Below the pieces are notes generated by a model. The model saw nothing but the letters and a program-made list of their open reading frames with translations. It made no database searches and was not told where the DNA came from. A DNA stretch of 64,000 bases from Mobula hypostoma. Lineage: Eukaryota. Shown piece after piece: positions 14,162 to 25,437 of the stretch (the stretch's first letter is position 1; every line of letters begins with the position of its first letter). Where the stretch lies: positions 105,340,001 to 105,404,000 of the forward strand of contig NC_086097.1 of NCBI RefSeq assembly GCF_963921235.1. The letters run 5' to 3'. The translations under genes and the position numbers were made by a program.

Positions 14162-15621
14162 AGGGACGACTCTGTCCCTTCCCTAACACCTTTGACCTCT
14201 ACCTCCCCAGTCTGGGTCTCTGAGCTAAACTCTAATACACTCTTCAGTATTAGTGACTGACACGCTCCCGTGTCTCTCCAGATCCGCACTGGAACTGGTT
14301 TTAACCCCTCCTTCACTGACACCAATCCGGCCGAGATAAAACTCTCGCACCCTTCCTGGACTTTTTCAGACCTGTCCTTCCCTAGCGATTCGTGTACCAG
14401 CTCGATACAGCCAGTCAAAATTGCCGTTTTTCCTTTTCCCGTCTCCTCCTTTGGGGCAAAGCACCTGGACGCAAAGTGTCTGGCTTTCCCACAATTATAA
14501 CGGACGACCCCAGGAGACTTCCTACCAGACTGCTCCCGGTCTACCTTATCCTTTTCACTAGTCCCCGGCTTACTTTCTGACTTTTCTGGCAGACTCTCCC
14601 CGCCGTCCTGACTACCCTTCTGGTAGCTTTTACTCGGGGCAAACTTCATTTTATGCATCAACGCATACTTATCCGCTAACTTAGCAGTTGCGGCTAACGT
14701 GGCTGCCTCTTTCTCATTGAGGTAGGGTCTCATACCCTCAGGGACACAACCTTTAAACTGCTCAATCAGGATCAGTTGTAGCAGTCTGTCATAATCCCCC
14801 TCTACCCCCTTCGAGGCGCACCAACGCTCACAATATGTCTGCATCTCGCGGGCAAACTCCAAATACGTGCGGTCCCACTGCTTCCTCGCTTTCCGGAACC
14901 TCTGCCGGTATGCCTCCGGGACCAACTCATAAATCCTGAGGATGGCCTCTTTCACCACCTCATACCTCTGGGCATCTTCCGCGGACAAAGCGGAGTAAGC
15001 TTCTTGGGCCTTCCCTTTCAGTACACTCTGAAGTAAGACAACCCACTTATCCCTTGGCCAGTCCTGACTTATAGCCACTTTTTCGAAGTGGAGAAAGTAC
15101 CGATCCACGTCAGTATCGTCAAATGGGGGAACCAGCCTAACCTCCTGGGTCGCCCGGAACCCTCCACCTTGGTTCGGCACGAGCCCCTGCTCGGCCCTCA
15201 TCTTTAACTTCTCCAGCTCAAATTCCCTTTCCCTCTGTTTCTCCTCTCTCTCCAACTGTCTGTCCCTCTCTTTCTCTTCTCTCTCCAACTGTCTTTCTCT
15301 CTCTTGCCTTTCTAACTCTCTCTCCTTCTCTTCGTGTTCTAACTGCCGTACCTGGAACTCGTGCTCGAGTCTCAGTTTTTCAAGCTGTACCTGTACCGCG
15401 TCTCCAGCAGGTTTTTCAATAGACACCACCCCCAGCTCACCTTGGGGAAACACACCTTTAGATACATAGTGCTCTACAATAGCTCTGTGTATCTCCTCTC
15501 TCCTCATTGTCGACTTCACCTTAGCAAGATTCAACCGTTTGGCCACAGCTATCAATTCCGATTTCCTGGCATCCTCTAATGCCTCCAAGGTCGGCGCCTT
15601 TATAAATTCCTCAGCCTCCAT
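14119..15621 (-). CDS. Gag-protease ORF with SCAN-like capsid domain
   Basis: Coiled coil; PEAYRQRFR..LILIEQF SCAN-like segment; degenerate knuckle RYNCGKARHFASRC; protease motif RDTGA. Confidence 0.88.
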   Translation of the reverse strand: MEAEEFIKAPTLEALEDARKSELIAVAKRLNLAKVKSTMRREEIHRAIVEHYVSKGVFPQGELGVVSIEKPAGDAVQVQLEKLRLEHEFQVRQLEHEEKERELERQERERQLEREEKERDRQLEREEKQREREFELEKLKMRAEQGLVPNQGGGFRATQEVRLVPPFDDTDVDRYFLHFEKVAISQDWPRDKWVVLLQSVLKGKAQEAYSALSAEDAQRYEVVKEAILRIYELVPEAYRQRFRKARKQWDRTYLEFAREMQTYCERWCASKGVEGDYDRLLQLILIEQFKGCVPEGMRPYLNEKEAATLAATAKLADKYALMHKMKFAPSKSYQKGSQDGGESLPEKSESKPGTSEKDKVDREQSGRKSPGVVRYNCGKARHFASRCFAPKEETGKGKTAILTGCIELVHESLGKDRSEKVQEGCESFISAGLVSVKEGLKPVPVRIWRDTGACQSLILKSVLEFSSETQTGEVEVKGVREGTESSLCTRYTYKATWSLD

Positions 15622-15697
15622 TTCTGCTGTTTGTCTTTTCTTTCTTTCGGGAATTTTAACCCAATCAATTTACTCCGTCCCAAATTTAGCGTTCAAA

Positions 15698-15715
15698 ATC
15701 CCGGACGAGCCCCCA
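15698..15715 (-). promoter_or_regulatory. Primer binding site for tRNA-Pro (TGGGGGCTCGTCCGGGAT)
   Basis: 18-nt complement of the tRNA-Pro 3' end, 4 nt downstream of the 5' LTR. Confidence 0.93.
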
Positions 15716-15719
15716 CTTA

Positions 15720-16582
15720 TGTTACGTACCCCGTAACTGGGTTGCCAAACCAGCAGAAATGGATCACTCAGTTGGAGTCTGGATTACTAGAACTAAAAGT
15801 TTTATTAAAGAAACAAGCAACACAGTAATCGAAAGGATAATAAATGCAACAGTTCAGCAATGATAAACACACATGTGCACAGAATTAAGATAACAGCATC
15901 AATCAAGCTCTATCGTTGTCTAGGGATAAATGACCAATTTCGAAGTGACACAAAGTTCAGTCCAATTTAGTTCAGTTCGCAGTAATCGTTGCCATGGCGA
16001 TGGACAACATGGTGGGAGAGAGAGAGAGAGAGAACGGGAACGACTGATCATTCAGAAACAGCTTCCACTCACAGACCGACGATAATTGCTCACAAGCAAC
16101 TTTTGGGCAGGTCCTTGGTGATGTCAACTGAGGTCACCGACTGTGACCCCTCCTCCAGATGCAGTCGATCCTCTGCAGTGAACTCGGCACCCAGGCAAGG
16201 GCGGACACACACCGGGTTCCCGCTGATCGTACCTTTCCACCCTGTCCGTTGTCCGGTACTTCCCACTGACTCGTGAGAGGCGCACCGCTTCCAGGGTCTC
16301 GTTACCTCGGGTGTCGTGTGTCCTGCCTTAGCGAACCTGTCCCTTTTTATCCCCCTGCTGGGGTATCGCCTGTCCATCACTTCAAACAGTTCAGGGTTCA
16401 AAGGGGGGAGCCGCTCCAGACAGCTCTCTCTCCCCCCCGTCCCTTCATTACACATCTCCAGACACTGCTCCATTGTTCCTTATCTCTCCTTCCCCTGAGG
16501 GCAGGTGGCAGACCACTTGCTGATGTCACTGATGCTAACCCAGGCCAGCAAACATCTTAATTTTATGTGTATTCTCGTCACA
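15720..16582 (-). repeat. 5' LTR
   Basis: Paired with 11711-12573; followed by the PBS on the minus strand. Confidence 0.95.
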
Positions 16583-17984
16583 CGAGTAAAAGATGAACTG
16601 ATTTCCAGAAGGCATAAAGTTAAAGATGACACATTCCTTTAATATTTTAAGCAAGAAAATTTTTATTTGCATCTTTTATAATTTTAAAATAACAGAAAAG
16701 GGCCCAAAGCAAAAGTTTGGACGCCCTGCATGGCAGTACTTAATAACAACCCCCTTTGGCAAGTATCACAGCTTGTACAGGTTTCCCCCGCCATCCAAAG
16801 GTAGAGCGTTCCTATGTTTATTTTTACTAAGTTCTATTTTAACTTCATCAGTCCACAGGACTCGTTTCCAAAATGCATCAGGCTTGTTTAGATGTTCCTT
16901 TGAACTTTTTGAATAGAACTTTTTGGCCGCCATGAGCAAAGGTATGTTTGGAGAAAAAGGGTATAGGATTTCATGAAAAGAACCCCTCTCCAACTGTTAA
17001 GAATGGGAGTGGATCGATCATGCTTTTGGGCTTGTGTTGCAGCCAGTGCCATGGGGAACATTTACTGGTAGAGGGAAGAATGAAGTCAATTAAATACCAG
17101 CAAATTCTGGAAGCAAACATCACACCGTCTGTAAAAATGCCAAAGATGAAAAGAGGATGGCTTCTACAACAGGATAATGAACCTAAACACACCTCAAAAT
17201 CCACAGTGGACTACCAAGAGGCGCAAGCTAAAGTTTTGCCATGACCCTAAACATCAAGGATCTGTGGATAGACCTCAAAAGAGCAGTGCATGCAAGACGA
17301 CCCAAGAATCTCACAATACCAGAAGCCTTTTGCAAGGAAGAATGGGTGAAAATCCCCCAAACAAGAATTGAAAGACTCTTAGCTGGCTACAAAAAAACCT
17401 GTACAAGCCATGAAACTTGCCAAAGGGGATGTTACTAAGTACTGCCATGCAGGGTGCCCAAACTTTTGCTTCAGGCCCTTTTCCTTTTGTGTTATTTTGA
17501 AACTATAAAAGATGGAAATAGAAGTTTTCTTGCTTAAAATATTAAAGAAATGTGTCATCTTTAACTTTATGCCTTTTGGAAATCAGTTCATCTTTTACTT
17601 GCTTAGCTATTCACAGTAACAGAAATTTTGACGAGGAGTGCCCAAACTTTTGCATGCCACTGTATAATATGAAAAGTAGTCCTAACTCTACTAGTCACTG
17701 GCAGTCAACCAGAAAAGGCCCCCCTTTATTCCCACTCTGGGTGACTGTCGGGAGGCAATCTTCTATTCATGTTAGTATCTTTTCTGTAACACCACAACAC
17801 TTCCATAAGGTCACCTATTAGCCTCCTTCATCCCAGGGAAAACAAGCCCAACTTATCCAATCCAAGCAACATCCTGGTGAATGTTGGTTGCAAATTTCCT
17901 AAAATTCTCTGTTGAGGGAGGTCTACTAAATCAAAAATTCCTTTATTTAAAATGGAGGGACACAAAGCAGGAAACTACAGGACA

Positions 17985-18163
17985 CATGCAAACAGCTGGA
18001 GGAACTCAGCAGGCCAGGCAGCATCTATGGAAAACAGTACAGTTTGGGCTGAGACCCTTCGGCAGGACTCTTGGCCTGAAACATTGATTGTACTCTTTTC
18101 CATAGATGCTGCCTGGCCTAAGTTCCTCCAGCATCTGCAGAATTTCTCTTGCTTGTGATTGAA
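17985..18163. mobile_element. Fold-back element made of two inverted Penelope-like termini
   Basis: Inverted arms ctggaggaactcagcaggccaggcagcatctatgg / ccatagatgctgcctggcc; 13-bp TSD aaactacaggaca (17972-17984, 18164-18176). Confidence 0.8.
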
Positions 18164-19219
18164 AAACTACAGGACATTTAGGTTAGCACCTGTAATGGGG
18201 ACGATGTCTAAAGGTGCAACTAAAAATATCCTAATGGAATGTAGACAAAGCCAACAGTGTTAAAGGGATATCATGTTTGACCAGTTTGTTGAAGTTGTTT
18301 AAAGTGATAAATATTGTAGACAGAATATATCCACAGAAACTGGTGGAAATTCCCAGATTTCTAGACATTTGACCACTTCTAAGGTTGATATGGAAATAAA
18401 AGGTCAGCTTACAAGATAACTGTGAGGCTGGCTACCAGGAGAAGGCATGAATGAGTATTTTCTGGTGGAAGTCTGTATCGAGCAATTGGAACTGGGCCTC
18501 AGCTTTTGATAATGTACAGAACTGACTTAGATGAAGGTAGTGAAGGTATGGCTGCTAAATTTGTTGATGACACATAGGTAGGAATGCAAGTTGAGGAGAG
18601 GTCAAAATGAAACCACAAAGAAATATTGCTATGTTAATGGAATGGGCAAGGATTTAGCAGATGATTGTAGTGTGGGGAGAAATGATTTTGACAGGAAAAG
18701 TGAAAAGCATATAATCTAAATGGGAGATGAGAGTAATCTGGTTTCCTACTGTATAATTTGCAAAAGATTGGTATGCGTGAATGGCAAATAGTCAGACAAA
18801 TTTTCATTTAAGTGAGGTGGTTCTGCTTCAGTTCTACAGCTGAGATTGCTATCCGTCAGTATATGCAACAGGCCTTAGGCCTTTAAAGCCTGACCCCCAG
18901 CAGTCTGTGGCTACTCGGCTTTAGAAGTGTTTTCTGCCAGTTGTACTGAGAGCAGCTGGTGTGGTTAGTGTTCTAACTACTGTGTGTTTAATTCACATCA
19001 TTCTATGAGAGGCAAGCTGGGAGAAACTACCTATGCTCAACACATGAAAACAGACTTCCCTTTACACAAATATTCTTGCCTTGGGACATCCCAACTGATT
19101 CCGCAAGCTTTTAAGTACAGTTGCTGTTTCAGTGTGGTCAGGAACATTCTCCCTGCCCAGCTGACTAAATGGGAATACACCAATCACGTTATGTCATTGC
19201 TTGTTCTCTCCTCTCTCAG

Positions 19220-19372
19220 AGTGAGAAATTTTGAGATGGGGGACAAGTACAAGAAAGCCTGGACAAGCAATGCTGATGGAAACACAGGCAGAGTGGTCTC
19301 CAATCAACCAAGCAAGTCACAGAACAACCATGAAATGGCCAAGCAGAGTGGTGACGAAGCTTACATCAAGAG
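19220..19372 (+). CDS. SNAP23: SNAP23 linker exon (153 bp; VRNFEMGDKYKKAW..VVSNQP..YIKR)
   Basis: ctctctcag/gtaggt splice sites; matches human TKNFESGKAYKTTW..VVSKQP..YIKR; phase 2-2. Confidence 0.93.
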
Positions 19373-19629
19373 GTAGGTTGATCAGTCCACTAGTGTGGCA
19401 ATGCATCAGTCCTGCCCCAGCAGGAGCAGCACACATTCTCAACTCCCAGTGTATGCAACATTCAAATCAAATGGGCGAAGGAAACAAGCTCCCTTCACCA
19501 CTCGCTGTGGCAGAATACTCAGGATTATGTCCTTTCACCTGAACTCTCCATTGGTAAATATAGGAATTGGCATTCACTTCTGAGTCTCCTGTGCCAAGTG
19601 AAATAATGAGAGAACTCTGCTTTCCTCAG

Positions 19630-19774
19630 GATAACAAATGATGCACGAGAAGACGAGATGGAAGACAACCTGCAACAAGTGGGCAGTATCATTGGAAACC
19701 TGAAAAATATGGCGATTGACATGGGCAACAACATAGAGTCTCACAACAAGAAAATTGAAGACATCGCTGAGAAG
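19630..19774 (+). CDS. SNAP23: SNAP23 Qc exon (145 bp; [48 protein letters not shown])
   Basis: tttcctcag/gtattt splice sites; strong SNAP23/25 similarity. Confidence 0.96.
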
Positions 19775-22700
19775 GTATTTTTGTGTTGCCCCCCCCCCCC
19801 CCACAGTACAGTAGCTTCAACAGTGTAGATCACACTGAGAAAACCCAAACTCCCCAAGATCCTGTGTAAACTTACTGAGAGCAAGCTCATTGTTAGATAG
19901 CAAGCAAAGCATGTCTGCTAACTGGAGCCTTTAGTTAGACGAAGTAGAATTATGGCCCCAAAAAAAAAACACAAATCGCCAAAGAAACTCTCAAATGAGG
20001 CAACATCTTAACTAGATTTAAAGGGTTTTTACTGGTAACATTGATTGTCCATTTACCACCCCACTTGTTGCTCAATCTGCTGCATTCCTCCAGTTGTTTG
20101 TTGCTCCAAATTCTGCACCTGCAATCTCTTATGGCTCTGGAATTACATCATTTCATGTGGACAAAGACTAGCATGTTCTAGGCCTGAAGATTGATGGTTT
20201 TATGTCATTTTGTCTTCATGTAACAAGTATTCCTATTCACCAGAAAAAAATCTTGGCAAAGAGGCCTTAATAATTGAGCAAACCATTCCCAGACTTGATT
20301 TGAGCTTAAACATGACTTGATTAATATAAATAACAGAAAATTATGCAAAGCTTCTTTAACTGGCTTTGCTTCCCCTTTCAATGGGAATTCGGGTAAGAAT
20401 ACTTGTATTACTCCAGAGTGGAAGTTATTTCACGGTTGTGCAAAGTTTTGCTCTGAACTCACGTCTGTGTTCTGTATGGGGTGTGGCATCTTATAAAGAG
20501 ATGCAGTATAATTCAAAAGACAGCAATAAGTCTTAAAGGAATCACAGAATGGTTACAGCGCAAGAGGCTACTCAGCCTGTTGAATCCATACTGGCTAGAA
20601 GTGCAATCTAGCTAATCCCCCTCTATTCCCTCAAATCCTTCCTGTCAAGATATTTTTCCTGCTTTCTTTGAAACACCAGGATTGAATTAGTCTCCACTTC
20701 CACTCCCTTTGAAAGTATACCCCAAGCCTGAAACTCACTTTTCATTCTTTTGTCATTAACTTCCATTTTGTCTTTTAGTTTTCAACCCCTCTGCCAATGG
20801 GAACGGTTTCTCTTCAGTTGTTGTCCAACATTTTATACCTCTTGGATCTTTGCAATCATCCCCACTATTACCAGAACTACAAGGACCTGGCCCAGCAGAA
20901 CCAGCACAGGATGCCTGTGCCAACCAGAATGCCAAATTAATCTTTGCCTGCACACAATCCATATCCCTCTACGTTCATTAGCCTATCTCAGAGCCTCTTA
21001 AATGTCATTGTGTCTGCTTCCATCACCACAGCAACATGTTCCAGGCACCCATCACTTTGTTAAAAAAAATTTCACCCTCAAATTTACTTTTAATTTTCTA
21101 CCTGTCAGCTCAAATCCATGTCGTTTGTATTTAACATTTCTATGCCAGGAGAAACTCTAGCTACCTTTTCTGTTTTTCATAATTTTATAAATCTCCATTA
21201 AGTCACCCCTCAGCCTCCAATGCTCCAGGGAAAAACTTTGGTTCAGTCACTCATTACAAACTAGACTTCTAACCCAGGAAGCATCCCGGTGAGCCATTTT
21301 GCTCCCTCTCTAAAGCCTCCACATCCTTCCTATAATAAGGAAACAAGAACTGCACAAAGCACCGTGCAGCCTAACCAAAGCTTTATACAAGTGCAACGTG
21401 GCTTCCTGACTCATACTAACAGCCCCAACTGAAGGTAGGCATGCCCCATGCCTTCGTTTCCACTTGTGCTGCCACTTTCAGGGAGCTGAGGACTTCAACC
21501 CAAGATCAATGCCAGTAAGGGTCCTGTCACTTTACTGTACACTTTCCCCTTGCATTTGGCCTCTCAGAGCAAGACCCCACAAATTAAACTCCTTTTGCCA
21601 TTTCTCCACCCAAATCTACAATTGATCTAGATTTTGCCATATCCTTTGACACCTTCACTATCCACAACTCTGAATGTTTGTGTCATTCGCAACCATGCTA
21701 ATCAGCCCATCTACATTTATGGTTATCACAAACAAGAGATCACAGCACAGATCCTTGTAAAACACCACTGGTCATGGATTTCCAGCCAGAATACACCTGC
21801 CTATCTGATTTTGAACCCTGTATTATCAACTCACCATGCATCTTGCAATTGTAGTACCTGACGGCATGCATTGAAGGTGAAGCAGCCCCCCCCCCTCCCA
21901 ACTGGATGCCTGGAATACACTGCCTATTATGGTGGTAGAGGCAAATACATTAGAGGCTTTTAAGAGATATTTGGATAGGCACATGGATGTGAAGGAGATG
22001 GAGGGATATGAACACAGTGTAGGTAGGAGGGATTAGTGTTTGCCTGTTTTTAATTTGCTTTTTAGCTGATCTGGCACAATGTGGGCCAAATGGCCTGATC
22101 TTGTGCTGTACTGTTATATGATCTTAAAATCAGCCAAAGGAGGGAGCTTGCCAAATACTTTACTAAACTTCCCAACTTCTCCAATCTAAATATATCCTTC
22201 ACCTCTTTGAATTATTGTGGTTCATCACCATGTTTCCCAAAGGGTGGTGCCTAAAGCTAATGCTGCAGTCAAGGCCAAACTATTTTATACAGGTTCACAA
22301 TGATTCCCCTACTCTGGTGCATATGCCTCCGTAAAATCTTAGATCCCCTGGAAGATTTATTGACATTTTCGACTGGTGCCGCCACAGAATGATGCGTACA
22401 ATTACGCTTTGTTTACATTGCCTGCTCTCTCCCTTCCCACCAAAACACTTCACATTTCTCAGCATCAAGTTCATCTGATACCTACCTATCTGATACCTCT
22501 CCTTGAAGCACATTATCTTCAAGGTGAGAGAAGATTTAAAGGGAGCCTTTTCACACAGAGGGTTTCAGCTACATGCAACAAGCTGCTAGAGAAATCTGAA
22601 GGAATAGGTACAATAACATTTAAAAGACATTTGGACAGGTACATAGTTAAGAAAGGTTTAAAGCGATATTGGCCAAACACAGGTAATGGAACTGGCTCAG

Positions 22701-23389
22701 AAGGCACCCTGGTTGCCATGCTGATTTGGGCCAAAGGGTCTGTTTCCATACTGTATAACTCTTCAAATGCAATACACTTCACCTGTCTGAGTTTAACAGA
22801 TGCACATTACTAGAACAGGCCATTCAGCCCAGTTTGTCTATGCAGCCCATTGTACCCATCTACACTAATTCCATTTACTCACAGTAGGCTCATTGCCGAT
22901 TCAAGAACTTGTCTAAACAGTAGATACTGGATCGATTGGAGTATGGTTCAATTCTGGCAGACACATTAAAGGATAGATGAGGGTATTAGTTACAAGAATA
23001 GATAGGCAAAGTGCAACTATTTGCTTTAAAGGGAGAATGAAAGTATACTAATGAGTCATGACAGAATGGGTAGAACTGTTGGGGTTACTCTCGAGGTCCA
23101 AGATAAAGGGGAAGAGAACCGAGAGACATGAGAATAAACTTCTCCACAGTGTGCATCTGAAATGTGGATTAACTACCTACAGCTGTGGAGGAGTTGCTCC
23201 ATATGACATTCAGGAGGGAATTAGAATGGTGAAAAACATGCGACTTGTGTGCCTCTGGTTAAGGTGACATGGATATGATGGACAAAAGTAAGAGAGGGCA
23301 TAGAATAGAGCAAAAGTTGATGTTGGAGGACTGAGAAGCTTTTAAAACCAATAGAAGACAATTATCTACATCGCACCGGAGGAAATTTA

Positions 23390-24226
23390 GCGTAATTACA
23401 AAGGGGCTGAATACCTTTTCAGCCTCTCAATTTTGGTTTTTAATTTTGTAGTAAATATTGACAGGTTTTGGAATTTTTCATGATGCACGTTTTGTAGATT
23501 AGCTCAAAAAATCCCACTTCAATATATTTTAAATTTAGAAAATGAGACAGTAAATTATGAATCAAGACCGGAATACAAATATCAAGTAAGTCAACAAATT
23601 CAGATATCTCAGCAGCCTAATAACAAATGGTGGCATGTGCGACACATATCAACTACAGAATAGCAATGGCAAAAGAAGCTTTCCAAAAAATGAAAACCAT
23701 ATTAACAGACAGAAAAATGAGCATGTACACTAAAAACAGAATACTGCAGTGCTACATTTATTCTATCCTGACTTATGGAAGTGAATGCTGGACCACTTCT
23801 CCAGCAATGGAAAAGAGACTAGAAGCATCTGAATTATGGTTCTACAGGAGAATGTTAAAAATATCATGGACCACACACGTATCAAATGAAGAAGTTCTCA
23901 GAAGAGCCCAAGCAGTTCGATCACTCATACCAACAATAAGAGAAAGACAACTCAGATTCCTAGGACACATGCAGAAAGATGAACTAGAAAAACTCATACT
24001 CTGTGGAAAGATCAAGGGGAGCAAACCTAGAGGAAGACCTCGGTTTATGTACATCAAAAGCCTAGCCAGGTGGCTACACATGGAGGAAATGGAAGTCATC
24101 CAAAGAACGAGGGATAGATCTATATGGAAAACCATGGTCACCAATGTCTGCATTGGATATGGTACCCAGACAGACGGGGAATTGTGAAAATCGTTGTGGG
24201 GGCTGAATACATCTTACAAGACACTG
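23390..24226 (+). mobile_element. Tc1-like right-hand TIR fragment interrupted by an RTE LINE
   Basis: Inner and outer ggggctgaatac repeats; end caagacactg|TA. Confidence 0.6.
23562..24179 (+). mobile_element. RTE-clade LINE 3' fragment
   Basis: RIAMAKEAF..SILTYGSECWT..QLRFLGH..GSKPRGRPR; imperfect TSD aatt(a/g)tgaa. Confidence 0.85.
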
Positions 24227-24396
24227 TAGTGTAGAGAAGAGTCTGGTCATATACTATGGTAAAAGGAATAAAAGCAGACTTTTTTTAAACTGGAGAAAAT
24301 TCAAATCTCAGCAGTGGGTAGGGACTTGGAATCTTCTGCAGAATTCCCTGGAGGTTAATGTTCAGGTTGAGTTGGTAGCAAGGAAGGCAAATACAT

Positions 24397-24493
24397 CCTG
24401 ACGAAGGGTCTCGGCCTGAAACGTCGACTGCGCCTCTTCCTATAGATGCTGCCTGGCCTGCTGCGTTCACCAGCAACTTTTATGTGTGTTGCT
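24397..24493 (+). mobile_element. Short Penelope-terminus insertion starting at a hammerhead core
   Basis: CTGACGA at 24398-24404 and GAAACGTC at 24418-24425; 9-bp TSD caaatacat; helix I 5' strand mostly missing. Confidence 0.8.
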
Positions 24494-25371
24494 CAAATAC
24501 ATGACTGATCATTTCCACGGATGCTGCCCGACCTGCTGAGTTCCTCCAGCATGTTGTGAAGGTAAATACAATGTTAGCATTAATTTCAAGAGGCCCACAA
24601 TACAAGAGCAAGGATGTAATGCTGAAGCTTTATAAGGCCATGGTCAGTGTGCATTTGAAGGACTGTCGGCAGTTTTGGGCCCATAAGATGCACTGGCATT
24701 GAAGATGGCCCAGAGGTGGTGCATGAGAATGATTCAGGGAATGAAAGAGCTGGTATTTGAGGCTCTGGACCTGTACCCACTGGTGGTTAGAATGGAGGTT
24801 GGGGGGGGGGGCGCGGAGAGGAGAAAGAGGGAGAAATCTCATTGAAACCTATTGAAAGGCCTGTATTGAGAGGATGTTTCCTGCAGTAGGTGAGTCCAAG
24901 TTCAGAGGCACAGCCTCAGACTAGAAAAGACAAGGAGAAAATTCTTTAGCTAGTGGATAGTGAATCTGGATTTCATTGCCCCGGATGGCTGTCGAGACCA
25001 AGGCATTGAGTACATTTAAAGCAGAGCCTTAGGTTCTTGCTTAGCCAGGGTGTCAAAGGTTACAGGAAGGAGGAGGAGAATGTGGTCCTAAATCAGCCAT
25101 GATGGAATGGTGGAACAGACTCAATGGACCAAATGGCCTAATTCTGTTCCTGTGTCTTATGGAATGGCCTCTTCGGCTGTAACCATTTTATCATTCTCTG
25201 CACTATCAAATTAGATGGTAGAGCAGTGTTAACTTCAACTACTTTAAACTTGAAGGCCAAGTTTAAAGATGATACTATTCTCATCAAATTTTCCCAGTTG
25301 TCAAACTGTATTTCTGTCTGTGAGTATCTCAATATGTAAAGTAAGCAAACACTAATTCTTGTTTTAAACAG

Positions 25372-25437
25372 GCGGATGTTAACAAAGCTCGGATTGATGA
25401 AGCCAATGAGAGAGCAAACAAGCTCATCAAAAAGTAA
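25372..25437 (+). CDS. SNAP23: SNAP23 terminal coding exon (ADVNKARIDEANERANKLIKK*)
   Basis: ttttaaacag acceptor; matches ADSNKTRIDEANQRATK; TAA at 25435-25437. Confidence 0.94.
   Translation, partial: ADVNKARIDEANERANKLIKK

Larger units (their letters stand above)
11711..16582 (-). mobile_element. Gmr1-like Ty3/Gypsy LTR retrotransposon, internally deleted
   Basis: Two 863-bp TG..CA LTRs; 4-bp TSD cgag (11707-11710, 16583-16586); tRNA-Pro PBS; PPT; gag-PR-IN-RT remnant order. Confidence 0.95.
11647..17662 (+). mobile_element. Tc1-family (IR/DR-type) DNA transposon, internally deleted and split by an LTR element
   Basis: TA|cagtggcatgcaaaagtttgggcac ... gtgcccaaacttttgcatgccactg|TA; ~250-bp TIRs with an inner repeat gcaaaagtttgg; transposase remnants PTVKNGSGSIM, QQDNEPKHTSK and LKRAVHARRPKNL at 16910-17440. 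Confidence 0.93.

Noticed and set aside
15691..15715. tRNA-Pro gene
   Set aside because: Only the 3' end including CCA, adjacent to an LTR, so it is a PBS.
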